18,193 nucleotides of DNA, from positions 1 to 18,193 of the forward strand of contig JBFXLE010000043.1 of NCBI GenBank assembly GCA_050173015.1, read 5' to 3'. The translations under genes and the position numbers were made by a program. Below are positions 9,603-16,628 of the stretch, in pieces (position 1 is the first letter of the stretch; the number at the start of each line of letters is the position of its first letter). A model generated the notes under the pieces. It did not search any database and was not told the origin of the DNA. It saw only the letters and a program-made list of their open reading frames with translations. The DNA is from Calditrichaceae bacterium (GTDB lineage: Bacteria; Calditrichota; Calditrichia; Calditrichales; JBFXGD01).

Positions 9603-9986
9603 TCAGACCGCGATCGAAGCGGGCTGTCCGATATTCAGCAGTTGATTAACCTTGTCTTTGAGGGCCGGTACATAAAACGGTTTTTCAAAGAAACGGTCCT
9701 TGAGTATATACTTCGCCTGCATGGCAAGATCTGATTCCGGGAAAGCCGTAATGGCGATAAAGGGAATCTCTTTTTCGCTTTTTTTGACCAGATCCATTAA
9801 CTGAATACCGTCGCCTCGAGTCAAAAACAGATCAGCCAGCACAAGATCAAAGTTAAAGGCGCGGAAAGCGCTGACGGCTTCATGAAAGTCCGTGGCGTAA
9901 ACAACTTCATATCCCTCGTCTTCGAGTTCAAACCTTAGCGCCTGACGAATGGACCGTTCATCTTCAACAATTAAAATTTTAATCAT
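9603..9986 (-). CDS. Single-domain response regulator (receiver only)
   Basis: 127 aa with ILIVEDE, phospho-acceptor LVLAD, AITA and EKPF motifs. AGGAG RBS at 9992-9996. Confidence 0.92.
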   Translation of the reverse strand: MIKILIVEDERSIRQALRFELEDEGYEVVYATDFHEAVSAFRAFNFDLVLADLFLTRGDGIQLMDLVKKSEKEIPFIAITAFPESDLAMQAKYILKDRFFEKPFYVPALKDKVNQLLNIGQPASIAV

Positions 9987-10016
9987 GTCAACTCCTATGT
10001 TTTTATTAATAAATAA

Positions 10017-10032
10017 TACAATTATCGTACCA
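10017..10032 (-). promoter_or_regulatory. Putative sigma54 (-24/-12) promoter for the single-domain response regulator unit
   Basis: Minus strand TGGTACGATAATTGTA versus the consensus TGGCACG-N4-TTGCW: correct GG-N10 spacing with two mismatches, about 30 bp upstream of the ATG. Confidence 0.65.
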
Positions 10033-10035
10033 AAT

Positions 10036-10048
10036 TAAAAATTTGATT
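10036..10048 (-). promoter_or_regulatory. Putative IHF-binding site between the enhancer array and the sigma54 promoter
   Basis: Minus strand AATCAAATTTTTA is an exact match to WATCAANNNNTTR. The AT-rich context raises the chance of a random match. Confidence 0.4.
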
Positions 10049-10141
10049 GATTTTTTAAATATAATACGCGTTTAATGCTTGGTTTTTAATAACTTACAAG
10101 GAGAGTTAATCTGATTGGATAGAATTTGAAGAAAAATCCGC

Positions 10142-10204
10142 ATATGAAGGATCGTTCACATTATATGAAGGATCGTTCATATTATATGAAGGATCGTTCA
10201 TATT
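10142..10204. promoter_or_regulatory. Triple 21-bp palindromic array, putative enhancer (UAS) for a sigma54 activator, copy 1
   Basis: ATATGAAGGATCGTTCAYATT x3 (10142, 10163, 10184). The 20-bp core ATATGAAGGATCGTTCATAT is 18/20 self-complementary. It lies 110-173 bp upstream of the -24 element, and the same motif occurs at 16566-16628. Confidence 0.7.
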
Positions 10205-11604
10205 CTTTTTATTTTGAGACGTCTGATTTTTATGCTCAGCCATTCCCGGCTCATGCCTGCTTTATTAGCCGCGTCACCTAAATTCCAGAAGGTTTTCTGT
10301 AAAATATTCATAAAATACTGTTTTTCGAACTTTTCAACCGCCTCGCTGTGGCTAAGATCCAATAATTCCGTATCGACGGCTTTACCCTTTTCAGATGAAG
10401 CGGATTCCTGCATCGGTTTTGTCAGTTGCCTTAATGAAATGTTATGCGGGCCGATCACCTGTCCTTCGCAGAAAACAAAGGCATCTTCGATGATATTTCG
10501 AAGCTCCCTGACATTTCCGGGAAATTCATATGCTTCGAGCATCAGAAGCGCTTCTTCCGAAAATTTTAGTTTTTTTCTTCTTTCGTTGTTGAATTTTTCA
10601 AGGAAAAACCGGGCCAGAAGCCGAATATCCTGTTTTCTTTCCCTAAGCGGGGCAATAGTTATCTTTGTCACGTTAAGCCGGAAATATAAATCTTCTCTGA
10701 ACTTCCCGGCCTCGACCAATTTTGCCAGATCCTGATTGGTGGCCGAGAGGATCATTACATTCACATCGATGGGATTTTTTCCGCCGATTCTGTAAAAACT
10801 ACGCTCTTCAAGAACTCTCAGTAAACGCACCTGTAACGGAAGCGGTAACTCGCCTATTTCATCAAGAAAAATGATCCCTTCCCCCGCGAGTTCAAATTTC
10901 CCCTGTTTCGATGTATAGGCTCCGGTAAATGAGCCCTTTTCATGGCCAAACAATTCGCTTTCAATTAAGTTTTCCGGAATGGCGGCGCAGTTGACGGGAA
11001 CAAACGGGGCGTTCTTTCTGACACTGTTAGCGTGTATGGTCCGGGCTATCAATTCCTTGCCCGTTCCGCTTTCTCCGTGAATAAGGCAGGTGACAGTGGC
11101 GTCACCGGCGACTTTCTGCAGACGCTTGACCACCTCGGTCATCTGCTTTGATTTACCGATGATGTTGTAGTCGCTGTACTGTTTTTGGATGGTTTCTTTA
11201 AGAATCTGATTTTCCGTCGAAAGCTGCGTTATTTGAATTTTTTTTTTAAGCATGCTTTCAATCCGGTAGCCAAGTTCCGCGAGACCAAATCCTTTTGGAA
11301 TAAAATCATCGGCGCCGGCTTTCATTGCCTTTACGGCGTTATCAACCGTGTCAAACGCGGTCATGGCGAGAATAACCGGATTATACCACTGGGATCTTGC
11401 TTCGCGCATCACCGAAATACCGTCTTCAATATCCGGCATCATTAAATCGGAAACCACGAGATCAATTTCGTGCGCCGCGAGAATCTTGAAGGCTTCCTCC
11501 CGGTTCGACGCCGTATAAACCTCATATTCCGGATTTTCCTGAAGATTGAACTCAATTCCTTTGAGCATAGAAACTTCATCATCCGCGATAAGTATGCGAT
11601 ACAT
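10198..11604 (-). CDS. Sigma54-dependent NtrC/AtoC-family response regulator (receiver-AAA+-HTH)
   Basis: Receiver (ILIADDE, VVSDLMMP), Walker A GESGTGKE, ESELFGHEKGSFTGA loop, Walker B FLDEIGE, FREDLYFRL, PGNVREL and a Fis-type HTH at the C-terminus. Confidence 0.96.
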   Translation of the reverse strand: MYRILIADDEVSMLKGIEFNLQENPEYEVYTASNREEAFKILAAHEIDLVVSDLMMPDIEDGISVMREARSQWYNPVILAMTAFDTVDNAVKAMKAGADDFIPKGFGLAELGYRIESMLKKKIQITQLSTENQILKETIQKQYSDYNIIGKSKQMTEVVKRLQKVAGDATVTCLIHGESGTGKELIARTIHANSVRKNAPFVPVNCAAIPENLIESELFGHEKGSFTGAYTSKQGKFELAGEGIIFLDEIGELPLPLQVRLLRVLEERSFYRIGGKNPIDVNVMILSATNQDLAKLVEAGKFREDLYFRLNVTKITIAPLRERKQDIRLLARFFLEKFNNERRKKLKFSEEALLMLEAYEFPGNVRELRNIIEDAFVFCEGQVIGPHNISLRQLTKPMQESASSEKGKAVDTELLDLSHSEAVEKFEKQYFMNILQKTFWNLGDAANKAGMSREWLSIKIRRLKIKRI

Positions 11605-11689
11605 GTGTCTATTTCCTGTTTAAAAATTCAATGGTATAAAATATAAAAATTGATCATTAAAATCCCAAAAATCTTTAATAATCACTTCA

Positions 11690-11878
11690 CTCAACTCTTT
11701 TCCCTTAACGCTCATTAATTCTTACTTCTTACTTCCTACTTTTCACTTAGGGCACGAGCATCGTGCCCCTACTTTCCCCTCTTCTCTTTTTTCTTTTATC
11801 TTTTATCTTTTTTCTTCAAATTCCCGGACAAGATCTTAATTCCTACTTCTTACTTCTTACTTCTTACTTCCTACTTCC
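11690..11878. repeat. Heptamer-repeat element (TTCTTAC/TTCCTAC) containing a GTAG-type REP hairpin
   Basis: Tandem heptamers at about 11719-11739 and 11839-11876. Hairpin GGGCACGA-GCA-TCGTGCCC followed by CTAC (11750-11772), i.e. GTAG plus stem on the minus strand. 11799-11825 is the exact reverse complement of 17448-17474. Confidence 0.75.
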
Positions 11879-11880
11879 TC

Positions 11881-13302
11881 TCATCCCGGGTACTTTGGCA
11901 GACTGATGGTAAAAGCCGAGCCTTCGCCTGTCTTGCTCTCCACATCAATTTTGCCGCGGTGGGCGATAACCGCTTTTTTCACCATCGCCAGACCCAGCCC
12001 GTGCCCTTCATTTTTCATCGAAAAGAACGGACGGAAAATGGTGGCGAGCCGGTCTTCAGGAATACCAACCCCCGTATCGGATACCGTAATTTTCACATCA
12101 TCTTCCACCGAGGTGAGAATCGTAATTTGCCCCTTCCCGGAGATAGCTTCAGCGGCGTTGGTCAACAGATTTTTCAGGGCCATCAGCAGCATCTGGTAAT
12201 CCCCCGGAATCTCGGGAACTTTTTTGCTGAATTTTTTAACCACCGGAATCGATTTGAGATGGACCTCATCCAGCGCGTGTTCTATGAGTTCATTTATGCG
12301 TATGGGTTCGACTTTCAGCTGGGTTGAACGCGCGATATCAAGCGTTCGTTTTGTAAAATCTTCCAGCTTTTGAGAAGCCAGCAGAATTTCGGTCGAGTAT
12401 TTTTTTAACGGGCTGTCATCTGTGAGTTTGCGATGCAGACCATCGGCCAGAAGATGAATTCCGCTCAACGGATTCTTCAGATCATGGATAATATAAGAAC
12501 TGAACTCCCCGATCATGATCAAATTTTCATTGGCGATGCGTTCATCAATCAGTGTTTTTAATTCATGCGATAATTTATTTAACGATTGAACAAGATCTCC
12601 TATTTCGTCGGTTCGCTCGATTTCCAGATTGGCCTCGAGGTTACCCTTTCCGTACTCACTTGCCAGGTCAACGACATCGCGGATTGGCTGAGATATGGAT
12701 CGGGCGAAGGAGTAGGACAGGAACAGACTGATCAGTATGGCCGCGATACCGATTCCGATAATCGTGCCAAGCAGACCTTTGTAAGTATCTTCAACCGAAT
12801 ATTTGATACGCGCCGTTCCGACGCGTTTATTCAGTTCAAATATCGGCACGGCGGTATCCCAGATTTCCGAACCGTCATCGCCGGTTTCACTCTGCAATAA
12901 AAATGTATCCGTGGCAAGCGCGCGGTCGGTCAGCGGGTCGCTGTATTTGCGTCCCCGAAGTTCCGGAGTATTGGAAGCGATCACTTTTCCCGTGGTGTCG
13001 AGCAGCGCGATGGAGGTGATGTCCGGGCCGTCGCTCATGCTGTCGATAAGAATCTGCAACGTGATATAATCATCCAGCAATATGGCGTTCAGGCTGGAAT
13101 ACGCCAGCGTGCGCGTCAGGCTAAAGGCTTTCTCCTGAGCCTGTCTGAGCAGCGTCTGTTTCTGGAAATAGAAGACAGCCGCCGAGACGATACACACCAC
13201 CAGTATCACCAGGCCGCTGAAATAGACAAAGAATTTGCCCTGCAGATTCAATCGAGATTTTTTGCCAAACATGTTTGATCTGTTTTTTACGATATTTGTC
13301 AT
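11881..13302 (-). CDS. Membrane-bound sensor histidine kinase (TM-extracytoplasmic Cache-like-TM-HAMP-HisKA-HATPase)
   Basis: Two hydrophobic segments, HAMP (ISQPIRDV...DEIGDL), H-box IIHDLKNPLSGI, NLLTNAAEA, DTGVGI and GHGLGL. It starts 7 nt after the binding-protein stop and is the likely cognate kinase of the downstream NtrC-type regulator. Confidence 0.94.
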   Translation of the reverse strand: MTNIVKNRSNMFGKKSRLNLQGKFFVYFSGLVILVVCIVSAAVFYFQKQTLLRQAQEKAFSLTRTLAYSSLNAILLDDYITLQILIDSMSDGPDITSIALLDTTGKVIASNTPELRGRKYSDPLTDRALATDTFLLQSETGDDGSEIWDTAVPIFELNKRVGTARIKYSVEDTYKGLLGTIIGIGIAAILISLFLSYSFARSISQPIRDVVDLASEYGKGNLEANLEIERTDEIGDLVQSLNKLSHELKTLIDERIANENLIMIGEFSSYIIHDLKNPLSGIHLLADGLHRKLTDDSPLKKYSTEILLASQKLEDFTKRTLDIARSTQLKVEPIRINELIEHALDEVHLKSIPVVKKFSKKVPEIPGDYQMLLMALKNLLTNAAEAISGKGQITILTSVEDDVKITVSDTGVGIPEDRLATIFRPFFSMKNEGHGLGLAMVKKAVIAHRGKIDVESKTGEGSAFTISLPKYPG

Positions 13303-13309
13303 TAAAATA

Positions 13310-14806
13310 TCAGTTATTCAACTCAATCTTATGATATTGAATAATGCCGTATGGATTAACCGGCAACGTTTTGATTTTCTCGCGATTATATGCAAAATGC
13401 GGTTTGACGTGATACAAAAAAACCGCCGGTGTATCTTCTAAAATTTGTTCCGTGATTTTTTTATACAGCTCCTGACGCCGTTCAGGATCGGATTCCAGCC
13501 TGGCCTGATCGAGCCACGCGTCAACCCGCGCATTTTGGTAGTGTAAGGTATTAAATTCTGACTTTGAATGAAAGAAGGAACGCAAAAAACTTTCCGCGTC
13601 ACCGATAACAGAGCTTTTTCCACCATCAATAAAAAGCTGCGCGCTATCGCTCATAACAGCATTTATATGTTCTTCCCAAGTATCGAACATCGTCACTTCA
13701 AGGCTTATTCCAATTTTAGCAAGATCAGATTTAATCATTTCAACAATTGTCTCTCGCACAAAACCAACTTTTGGAAAATATAGTTTTAATTTTAAACCAT
13801 TTGGATACCCCGCCTTAGCTAACAAAATTCTGGCTTCTCTAATATTAAATGACTCTTGAAAAATTCCATTATAATCTAAGTAAACTGGAGGCAAAGGTCC
13901 TTTCGCAACTATTGCATTTCCTCTATTCACATTTAGAACTAATCTAGGTATATTAATCGCTTTTAAAACTGCCTGTCGTAGATATAAATTATCCACAACC
14001 TTATTTTGATTGTTAAAGCCTAAATAAAAAACACTTACGGGTTTCTGAACTAAATAATCTACTTTCCCTTGCCATTTTAATCTATCAATAGACAAACCTG
14101 ATACCATATAGAGAATATCTACATCATTTGTTAAGATTGATTTTTCTCTATTAAATTTATCTGAGTAATATTTAAAATTTATACTTTTAATCTTTGACTC
14201 CCCTTTTCCCCAATACAAATCAAACAGCTTCAATTCTACCTTAATTCCCTCATCAAAACTGGAAATTTTATAAGGACCGGTACCTGTTGGATGAAATGAT
14301 AAATTATTGGCTTGGTTCTCAATGGCCTTTTTTGAAATAATTACAAAACCTATTGGACTTGTTAGTTCATAAAGAAAAGTTGAGTTAGATTGCTTTAGAT
14401 TTATCTTAAAGCTCATAGAATCTAAAATTGTTATTTCTTCTATAAGATCAAATAAAGAGGATTTTGGATTTTTTAAGTTAAACCAATCAAATGAAGATTT
14501 GACATCATCTGTATGCAAGGTGGAACCATCATGAAAGACAATGTTTTCTCTTAAATAAAATGTATATTCCTTATTATTTTCAGAGATTTTCCAATATTTA
14601 ACAAGATGAGGATGAACTGTAGAATTATCTTCGTCAATCGTTACAAGAGGTTCATAGATTTGTGAATAAATCATTAACTCATCGACTCCAAAGTTCTCAG
14701 ATGGGTCCAATCCTTTTGGAAAATACTTAATAGCTTGGGTCACTGAAGGCTCATTACAACTTCCTAAAATGAATATTAATGTTAAAATAATAAAAATGTT
14801 TTTCAT
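13310..14806 (-). CDS. ABC-type peptide/nickel substrate-binding lipoprotein (SBP family 5, OppA/DppA-like), orphan
   Basis: Motifs LDP...IYEPLV, YTFYLRENIVFHDG..L...DVK.S, GTGPYK and LRQAV. Start revised from GTG 14851 (inside a hairpin) to ATG 14806, which gives the signal peptide MKNIFIILTLIFILGS-C with a lipobox. No permease or ATPase genes in the window. Confidence 0.9.
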   Translation of the reverse strand: MKNIFIILTLIFILGSCNEPSVTQAIKYFPKGLDPSENFGVDELMIYSQIYEPLVTIDEDNSTVHPHLVKYWKISENNKEYTFYLRENIVFHDGSTLHTDDVKSSFDWFNLKNPKSSLFDLIEEITILDSMSFKINLKQSNSTFLYELTSPIGFVIISKKAIENQANNLSFHPTGTGPYKISSFDEGIKVELKLFDLYWGKGESKIKSINFKYYSDKFNREKSILTNDVDILYMVSGLSIDRLKWQGKVDYLVQKPVSVFYLGFNNQNKVVDNLYLRQAVLKAINIPRLVLNVNRGNAIVAKGPLPPVYLDYNGIFQESFNIREARILLAKAGYPNGLKLKLYFPKVGFVRETIVEMIKSDLAKIGISLEVTMFDTWEEHINAVMSDSAQLFIDGGKSSVIGDAESFLRSFFHSKSEFNTLHYQNARVDAWLDQARLESDPERRQELYKKITEQILEDTPAVFLYHVKPHFAYNREKIKTLPVNPYGIIQYHKIELNN

Positions 14807-14842
14807 CTCTTCTAAATTTGTTTTTACAGAACAGAATTTAGA

Positions 14843-14876
14843 TCTCTGCACTCTCTCTAAATAGAAAGTGCAGAGA
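14843..14876 (-). terminator. Stem-loop immediately after the peptide gene (leaky terminator or mRNA-stabilising hairpin)
   Basis: 14-bp stem (TCTCTGCACTCTCT / AGAAAGTGCAGAGA, one G.U pair on the minus strand) with a 6-nt loop, 10 nt after the peptide stop. The U-tract is weak. Confidence 0.65.
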
Positions 14877-14886
14877 GTCTATTAAT

Positions 14887-15006
14887 TTAGTTAATACTTT
14901 CACCACAAGCTCTTAGAATAATTCCCATATTTGCCACAAAAAATGAACTTAATAAAAATTTAACCGGTGCAAATTTCTTTACATTCTTACGCATTTTCTT
15001 TAACAT
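14887..15006 (-). CDS. Unannotated 39-aa peptide, candidate precursor/signal peptide: MLKKMRKNVKKFAPVKFLLSSFFVANMGIILRACGESIN
   Basis: GGAGGG RBS at 15014-15019, 7 nt before ATG 15006, and TAA at 14887-14889. It fills the gap between the radical SAM and SBP genes in the same orientation and is followed by a hairpin. Basic N-terminus, hydrophobic middle, single Cys near the C-terminus. Confidence 0.8.
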   Translation of the reverse strand: MLKKMRKNVKKFAPVKFLLSSFFVANMGIILRACGESIN

Positions 15007-15064
15007 TTTCAATCCCTCCGATTAATAAATGAATGATTTTTTAAAAATAAATTCTATCTTTCGC

Positions 15065-16459
15065 TTACTTCATACTGGTCAGCATTGCTTTTAGCGGTTT
15101 TAAACGCCAGATCAACGACTTAATAAATATCCCCGGTTTTAACATCACCCTGAATAAATTCTCTTCCACATTGAGCATCTTCAGCCGCGCCGCTGTCCAG
15201 AAGCGCAGTCTAAAATCATAGCCCGTCAGATAATTGTCTTTGGTGAGTAATCCCCGGGCCTTATAATCACGGTACACCCTGCTGCCGGGATAAATCTCCA
15301 GTTTTTTGTTCACTGAAATCTGGCAGTTGCGGCTGTTGAAATAACGCTGTTTTAATTCAAAAATGATCATAAACTGTGTCAGCAAATCCCATAAAGAGGT
15401 GTGGGCGTCCGCCAGGATCACCGACGCGATTACATCGATTTTTAACCGGTACAGGGTGATCACCGCTTTTAGATTCTGTCGTACCGAGATCTTTTTGTTA
15501 AACCGATTGAGCTGTCTGACATCAAAGGATTCCAGTCCCATAAATACCCGCTGCAGACCGACGGACTTCAGGCGCGTCATCACTTTTTTGCTGACGGTAT
15601 CCGCCCGGCACATCAATTCAAATCGTACATCGAGATTTCTTTGTTCTATTTCAGAGGCGAATTCATCTACGATTTCAAAGGCCTTGTTTCCTTTTACCAG
15701 AAACTGATCATCGTTAAAGATAAAATAATCGGTTCCAAATTCCGCCTTTAACTGTTCCATCTCATCCACCAGGCTTTTGGCGGAACGGCGGCGCCATACT
15801 TTGCCGGGACTTGTTCCATAGAGACCGATAATATCACAAAAAGAGCACTGCCCCCAGCATCCCCGTGTTCCGTAAACGCGCAGATGTTTGTCATGTTTTA
15901 GTACTTCACGGGCGTATTTGCGATCAACCGCCGGCAGTATATCCAGATCATGAATCAAAGGACGGGCCGGATTTTCGATGATCTCACCTTTTTCCCGATA
16001 CGAAAGCCCCTGAATATCAGAATACCCGGCGCCGGTCTTATTGAGTTCGTATTCCATCAGCTCCGCCAGCGTCAGTTCGCCTTCACCGCGAACCGCGAAA
16101 TCGATTTCAGGAAAATCACGCAGAATATCGGCCGAGTTAAATGTCGCGAAGTATCCGCCGATGACGATCTTTCCTTTGTACCCCGCTTTTTTCAGCCCTT
16201 TTGCCAGCGTGAATCCCTTTTTCTTCGAATCATCCAGCAGCGACAAGCCGATCATTTTGGGATTGATTTCAAGCAGACGTTCCAGAGCGCTTTGAACCGG
16301 AAGCGCTTCTACAGCCATATCCAGCGTATCCGCCTTAAATCCTTCCGAACAGACAAACGATTTCAGACTGGCGATTCCAAGATGCTCAGTGACCTGCTCA
16401 AATCTTGAATCCCCCGGATTGACTAAAATTATATCCATATCGCTCCTGTAAGCTTTCAT
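15065..16459 (-). CDS. Cobalamin (B12)-binding radical SAM enzyme (class B methyltransferase-like)
   Basis: N-terminal B12-binding domain (ILVNP, EHLGIASL, IVIGGYFAT, RGEGE), CxxxCxxC motif TRGCWGQCSFC, FNDDQF and GLES. Start revised to ATG 16459 (AAAGGA RBS) or 16438 (AGGAG), because the track's TTG at 16501 overlaps the sigma54 promoter. Confidence 0.92.
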   Translation of the reverse strand: MKAYRSDMDIILVNPGDSRFEQVTEHLGIASLKSFVCSEGFKADTLDMAVEALPVQSALERLLEINPKMIGLSLLDDSKKKGFTLAKGLKKAGYKGKIVIGGYFATFNSADILRDFPEIDFAVRGEGELTLAELMEYELNKTGAGYSDIQGLSYREKGEIIENPARPLIHDLDILPAVDRKYAREVLKHDKHLRVYGTRGCWGQCSFCDIIGLYGTSPGKVWRRRSAKSLVDEMEQLKAEFGTDYFIFNDDQFLVKGNKAFEIVDEFASEIEQRNLDVRFELMCRADTVSKKVMTRLKSVGLQRVFMGLESFDVRQLNRFNKKISVRQNLKAVITLYRLKIDVIASVILADAHTSLWDLLTQFMIIFELKQRYFNSRNCQISVNKKLEIYPGSRVYRDYKARGLLTKDNYLTGYDFRLRFWTAARLKMLNVEENLFRVMLKPGIFIKSLIWRLKPLKAMLTSMK

Positions 16460-16484
16460 TTCAATTCCTTTCTGCATATTGTAC

Positions 16485-16500
16485 TTCCAAAATCGTGCCA
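16485..16500 (-). promoter_or_regulatory. Putative sigma54 (-24/-12) promoter for the radical SAM-peptide unit
   Basis: Minus strand TGGCACGATTTTGGAA: perfect -24 box TGGCACG and GG-N10-GA with a divergent -12. The predicted transcription start is just upstream of the RBS of ATG 16459. Confidence 0.65.
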
Positions 16501-16565
16501 AAAATAAAATAGTGAGCTATTGTCTTGTTATTATTGCATTTATACAAAAACAGCATTTTTGCCCG

Positions 16566-16628
16566 ATATGAAGGATCGTTCATATTATGTGAACGATCCT
16601 TCATATTATGTGAACGATCCTTCATATT
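16566..16628. promoter_or_regulatory. Triple 21-bp palindromic array, putative enhancer (UAS), copy 2
   Basis: ATATGAAGGATCGTTCATATT (16566), then ATGTGAACGATCCTTCATATT x2 (16587, 16608), which are the inverted form of the unit at 10142. It lies 67-129 bp upstream of the -24 element. Confidence 0.7.

Noticed and set aside
10142-10204. Mini-CRISPR or terminator
   Set aside because: The repeats abut with no spacers and are AT-rich dyads without a U-tract. Their position upstream of -24/-12 boxes fits operator sites better.
14807-14851. N-terminal extension of the SBP from GTG 14851
   Set aside because: That start lies inside the hairpin. ATG 14806 yields a canonical lipoprotein signal peptide.
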